Origin: Selaginella moellendorffii
Lineage: Eukaryota; Plantae; Lycopodiophyta
Length of the DNA: 64,000 nucleotides
Direction of reading: 5' to 3'
Assembly (NCBI RefSeq): GCF_000143415.4
Contig: NW_003314327.1
Location: 582,775-646,774, forward strand
The notes beneath the pieces are model-generated. The model was not told where the DNA came from and did no database searches. It saw only the letters and a program-made list of their open reading frames with translations. Shown here one piece after another: positions 60,471 to 64,000 of the stretch (the stretch's first letter is position 1; each line of letters opens with the position of its first letter). A program made the translations under genes and the position numbers.

Positions 60471-63172
60471 AATACTAATACAGGCAGTTGGGTGAAAGCC
60501 CAAAGCGATCGTCCCCCAGGGGGGGGGCTGCGGGGGGTTCCAAAAGTATAGTAGGGAGAGTGTGGGGGTTGGAGCCCAGTGGAGCCAGTTTGGCCAGGAA
60601 AGGCCAGTTTGGGCTAGGAAAGGCCAGTTTGGCCCGGGAAGGCCATACCCAGTGTTGGGTGATGAACTGACCACTGGGAAGTCCAAGACTAGAGTGAATA
60701 CAGACCGACAAGTGGGGTAGCTTGGTGAAGTGTTCAAGAGCTGGCTCTAGTTCCCCCGGGAGATCAACTGGCCGATGCTCCCAGTCCAAGTGTGGGTGGC
60801 ACTACCTACTTGGATACCAGGCGTGGCTCAACGGAACCTCGCTCTAAGCCCATGGCTAGAGCACCCAAAGGCGGAAGGCGGGGAGAGTACCCATGAGGCC
60901 CGCGTAGGGCCACGGTGTTCCGAAATGTTGTCCCAAAGGCTCAGACTGTGGAAAGGAAGAGGAGTAGTCCTCCACCAAGGATACAGTCGAGTGGTGAGGA
61001 AGTCCCAGAGGACCGTGGGACTTAGTGGTCGGGCTTGTGGGCCTTGATCTAGTGGTAGTGTTGGCGAACACGGCCATGGGCAGAATGGGACTTGGTGAAG
61101 ACCGGAAAAGGGGTATTGGGGAAGGCTATTCCCCATGTCTGTGGGCATCTTAAGGATGCTAAGGAGTGGATCTGGAATGATCACTCATGGACGGATGGCT
61201 CAGTCCTTGAGAAATGGGATTGTGATGCAGGTGGTGTTAGACCACCAGTGTGACCAAGGTAAAGGGGTATGGCCTTAGTGTAATGGGCTGATATGTCAGT
61301 GGTACCTTGGGGTGTCGGTCATGGGATCGGACACGTGGAGCACTTGGATCAAGTGCAAAGGTTGAGTGGCGGGGATGCCATTCTCGGGGCTAACAAGCTC
61401 AAATCTGAAATAGGACTTATGGAGGTTGTGAGTGAGACTCCTCCAAGTGGTTGGAGGTGTGGTTAAGTGACTAAAGTAGAATGGAATATTTAGTCGCTTA
61501 CAAAAGCAATAGGGGGACAAAAGTGATAGAAGTAGAGGTAAAAGCAAAGAGATGAAAAAGAACATAAATGAGAAGAATAAAAGAAATATAAAAAAGTATG
61601 AAACAAAGGGGAAAAACCTTAAAGTTATATTTGGCATGATTGTGCCACAATCAATCCATACCAAGGATGAAGTCAAAAGTGTAACTTGGCACCACCCATA
61701 ATGATTGGTAGTTTAAGCTCAAGATTGCCCACATGCACAACTAAGGTCTGCCGTATCTTATACACATACGTGTGTACGACCATTGCTATAAAAAATAAAA
61801 ATTAGTTTTACTGCATGAAGCAAATGCAGATGGCAATAGGCGGTAGTAACCCAAATAATAAAAGATAAACTCAAACTTATATCAACTAACATGGAGAGAA
61901 TAATAGGAAACCTTTTGTTATAAAAACAAGCTTAAACACTAAATGAACTAATGCTGCCTTGGTAATACTTATGAAAGAAATATTGGAAAGGTCATTTACT
62001 TATTTATGTAAGGACCCTTTGCTACTCGTGCGAATCCTCATCTCTTGGAAATATAGTGTCCAAACCTTCCACTACAACAGCACCAACAAAATGTTATTGA
62101 CGTTAAGATCTCCATCCAGAAAATAAAGGTTGCCAATCTGGAAAATGCCGACAACTCTAATAAGTGTGATCAATTTCATCACACTCCTAGCAGCGGACAT
62201 CACGTTGATAACTATGTTGTCGCTTTTGTCCTTGAACTCGGGCACCAGCAATATCAACCTTTATTGGAACAAGACCATCTCTCAGATGAAGTGGAGTTGA
62301 AGGATATCTAGTGAAAAGTGGAAGAGAAAACATCTCATAACGTTGTACCAAACAAAGAGCATTGTCAAGAGTTACTAAAGCAAGTGTATGTATAAGTCTT
62401 ATAAGATATTGATAAAGTGTTAGCCACAACATTCCTAATTTGATTTGTTTTAACATATTTGGCTCTGCATGAAGCAAGAGGTTTTGGAAATGAACGCTAA
62501 ATTGCACTATTAACTCAAATGGCCTTGATGAAGATAATGCAATTCTTGGAAGGTATTATCACAATTGTCTATATATATAAATATGCATTGGAAAACATTT
62601 GGGAGAATGCTTTAATTTGCACAGATAGTTGCGCTTAAACCATTGTACCACTATAGCACTATCTCTTGGGAAACTCATGCGAATGTCAAGTATCATCCTA
62701 GAAATGATATGTGATAATCATTATAAAGTGCCCAAACCAATGGTACACATCATCTTTAGGATTCCCATAGAAAAATTTTGGTCGGATGCAAGGATTAGCA
62801 TTAAGAGTAGGAAGAGATGTACCATGTGCTATGAATGTTGCCATCAATTAAATTTGATTGTTCAATTCTAAACACATAGCATGGAGCAATTGCACCAACT
62901 ACTACTCAAAAGTCAAAGAAGAGGAGGCTACTACTCTATTATGAGGATGAATGAAAAGGAAAAAGCAAAAAAGAAGAAATTGAAAAAATTATAAAATAAG
63001 GGAAATTTAGATGATACAAAAGTTAGATTTAAACCAAAATACCAAAGCTGAATTTTTTTTGTGATATGTTTTATCTGATGTATCCCAGTGATAGCTTCTT
63101 CATCAATATTTAGTATAATATCATATTAAAAATTTTATTTAAACTTTAATTTGTTTTTGAAAAAATTGAATT

Positions 63173-64000
63173 TGTGAGGGCCAAGTGTATGGCTACAATG
63201 CCGTATACTAATATTAGCATAGTAGGATTTTGGTAGCCGTCGGATTAGTTTCAATCTGGACCACTCGCTCTTGTATATAAGCTAGGGTTTTTGGGCTAAT
63301 TGATATGCACATTTCTGTATTCCCTTTCATATTCCATACACTAACATTGGTGGAGGTGAGGGGCACTTTTAGTTGTCCCCGGGGAGTGCTTGGATTTGGG
63401 ATTTCGATTTAAATCTAGCTTTTGCATCGTCTAGATCTAGCTTTTTCTATTTCCTTTCATTTGTTCTTTCCTTTCAGGATTTTGGTTTAGATCTAGCTTT
63501 TTGCATTGTCTAGATCTACTATTTCCTTCCAGCTTTTTGTCATTTCTCTTCTTTTGCTCTTTCTTTTTCGTTCATATTCATAGCAGATCAGCAATCTCCT
63601 CCTTTGACTTTAGAGCAGTAGTTGATTCAATTGCTTGATGCTATGCACTTGCAATTAACCAACCAAACTCAATTGATGGTGGCATTCACGGCATATGGTC
63701 TAACTTCTCCTGCTCTTGGTGCCAATCCTCGCGTTCGGCTGGAGTTCTTTCGTGGGAATCCTGGGAATGATGTGTACCATTGGTTTGATCACTTCACAGT
63801 GATTGCTATATATCATTATTGGGATGATGCTCGATGTTTGCATGAGTTCCCCATGTGTCTCCAAGGGACGGCATTGCAGTGGTACAACGGATTGAGCACA
63901 GCCACTTGTGGGGATTGGAGTGTTCTTCTAGATGTCTTCAAATGCGTCTTCGAACATGCTGACGATTGTGATGATGCCTTCCAACAATTGCATTATCTTC
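63173..64000 (+). mobile_element. Second family-C Ty3/Gypsy element: 5' LTR 63173-63346, tRNA-Ala-like PBS, gag start; runs off window
   Basis: TGTGAGGG...CACTAACA followed by TGGTGGAGGTGAGGGG. Gag FRGNPGNDVYHWFDHF...LQGTALQWYNGL...DWSVLLDVFKCVF is homologous to the minus-strand gag at ~62700. Confidence 0.85.

Larger units (their letters stand above)
42989..61502 (+). mobile_element. Non-autonomous LTR retrotransposon (family B); 5' LTR 42989-44349 + 55734-56118 (interrupted), 3' LTR 59716-61502
   Basis: Near-identical ~1.8-kb LTRs TGTGAGAC...GCTTACA. PBS TGGTATCAGAGC (tRNA-iMet) at 56122, PPT ATGGGTGGTGGAGT before 59716, TSD AAAGT/AAAGC. The 3.6-kb internal region has no intact ORF. Confidence 0.93.
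41068..63100 (-). mobile_element. Decayed Ty3/Gypsy retrotransposon (family C), split by element B
   Basis: RT remnant (SPW...DGS..SINYYMLNEVT...LLDRLGRSCWFTKLDL, 42481-42750) and RNase H remnant ~41750-41970. Truncated LTR at 41068-41192 matches 63221-63346. Gag remnant ~62000-62900 has a CX2CX4HX4C knuckle with stops at ~62150-62195. Upstream boundary approximate. Confidence 0.75.

Overview
Eukaryotic plant genomic DNA with very compact genes: introns are mostly ~45-65 nt and several divergent promoters are only ~70 bp. This is most consistent with a lycophyte such as Selaginella, which is an inference from gene architecture only. Positions 1-37.8 kb are a dense housekeeping block: EHD1, NOP58, cytosolic Asn-tRNA synthetase, TAF6, golgin GC2-like, F-box/kelch, BUB3, a nuclear-encoded mitochondrial-type rps12, ALA2-type P4-ATPase, an F-box/LRR-like remnant, subclass-III SnRK2, KEULE/SEC1, a rubredoxin-like protein, GLTP, a domesticated hAT-like gene and a SpoU methyltransferase. 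Positions 38-64 kb are a nested transposon cluster. A decayed minus-strand Ty3/Gypsy element carries an inserted non-autonomous LTR element (LTRs with tandem-repeat arrays). That element's 5' LTR is in turn interrupted by an 11,380-bp DNA transposon (44350-55729) with perfect 24-bp TIRs and a 4-bp TATT TSD. The transposon is the main discovery candidate. It encodes a Sola-like DDD transposase with extra domains and, divergently, a ~940-aa cargo protein with a ParB-like domain and a degenerate DNA-methyltransferase-like fold. It is also studded with ~27 copies of a 22-bp palindrome (ATGGCATGWGGCCWCATGCCAT), including a ~180-bp hairpin, which suggests an element-specific protein/binding-site system.
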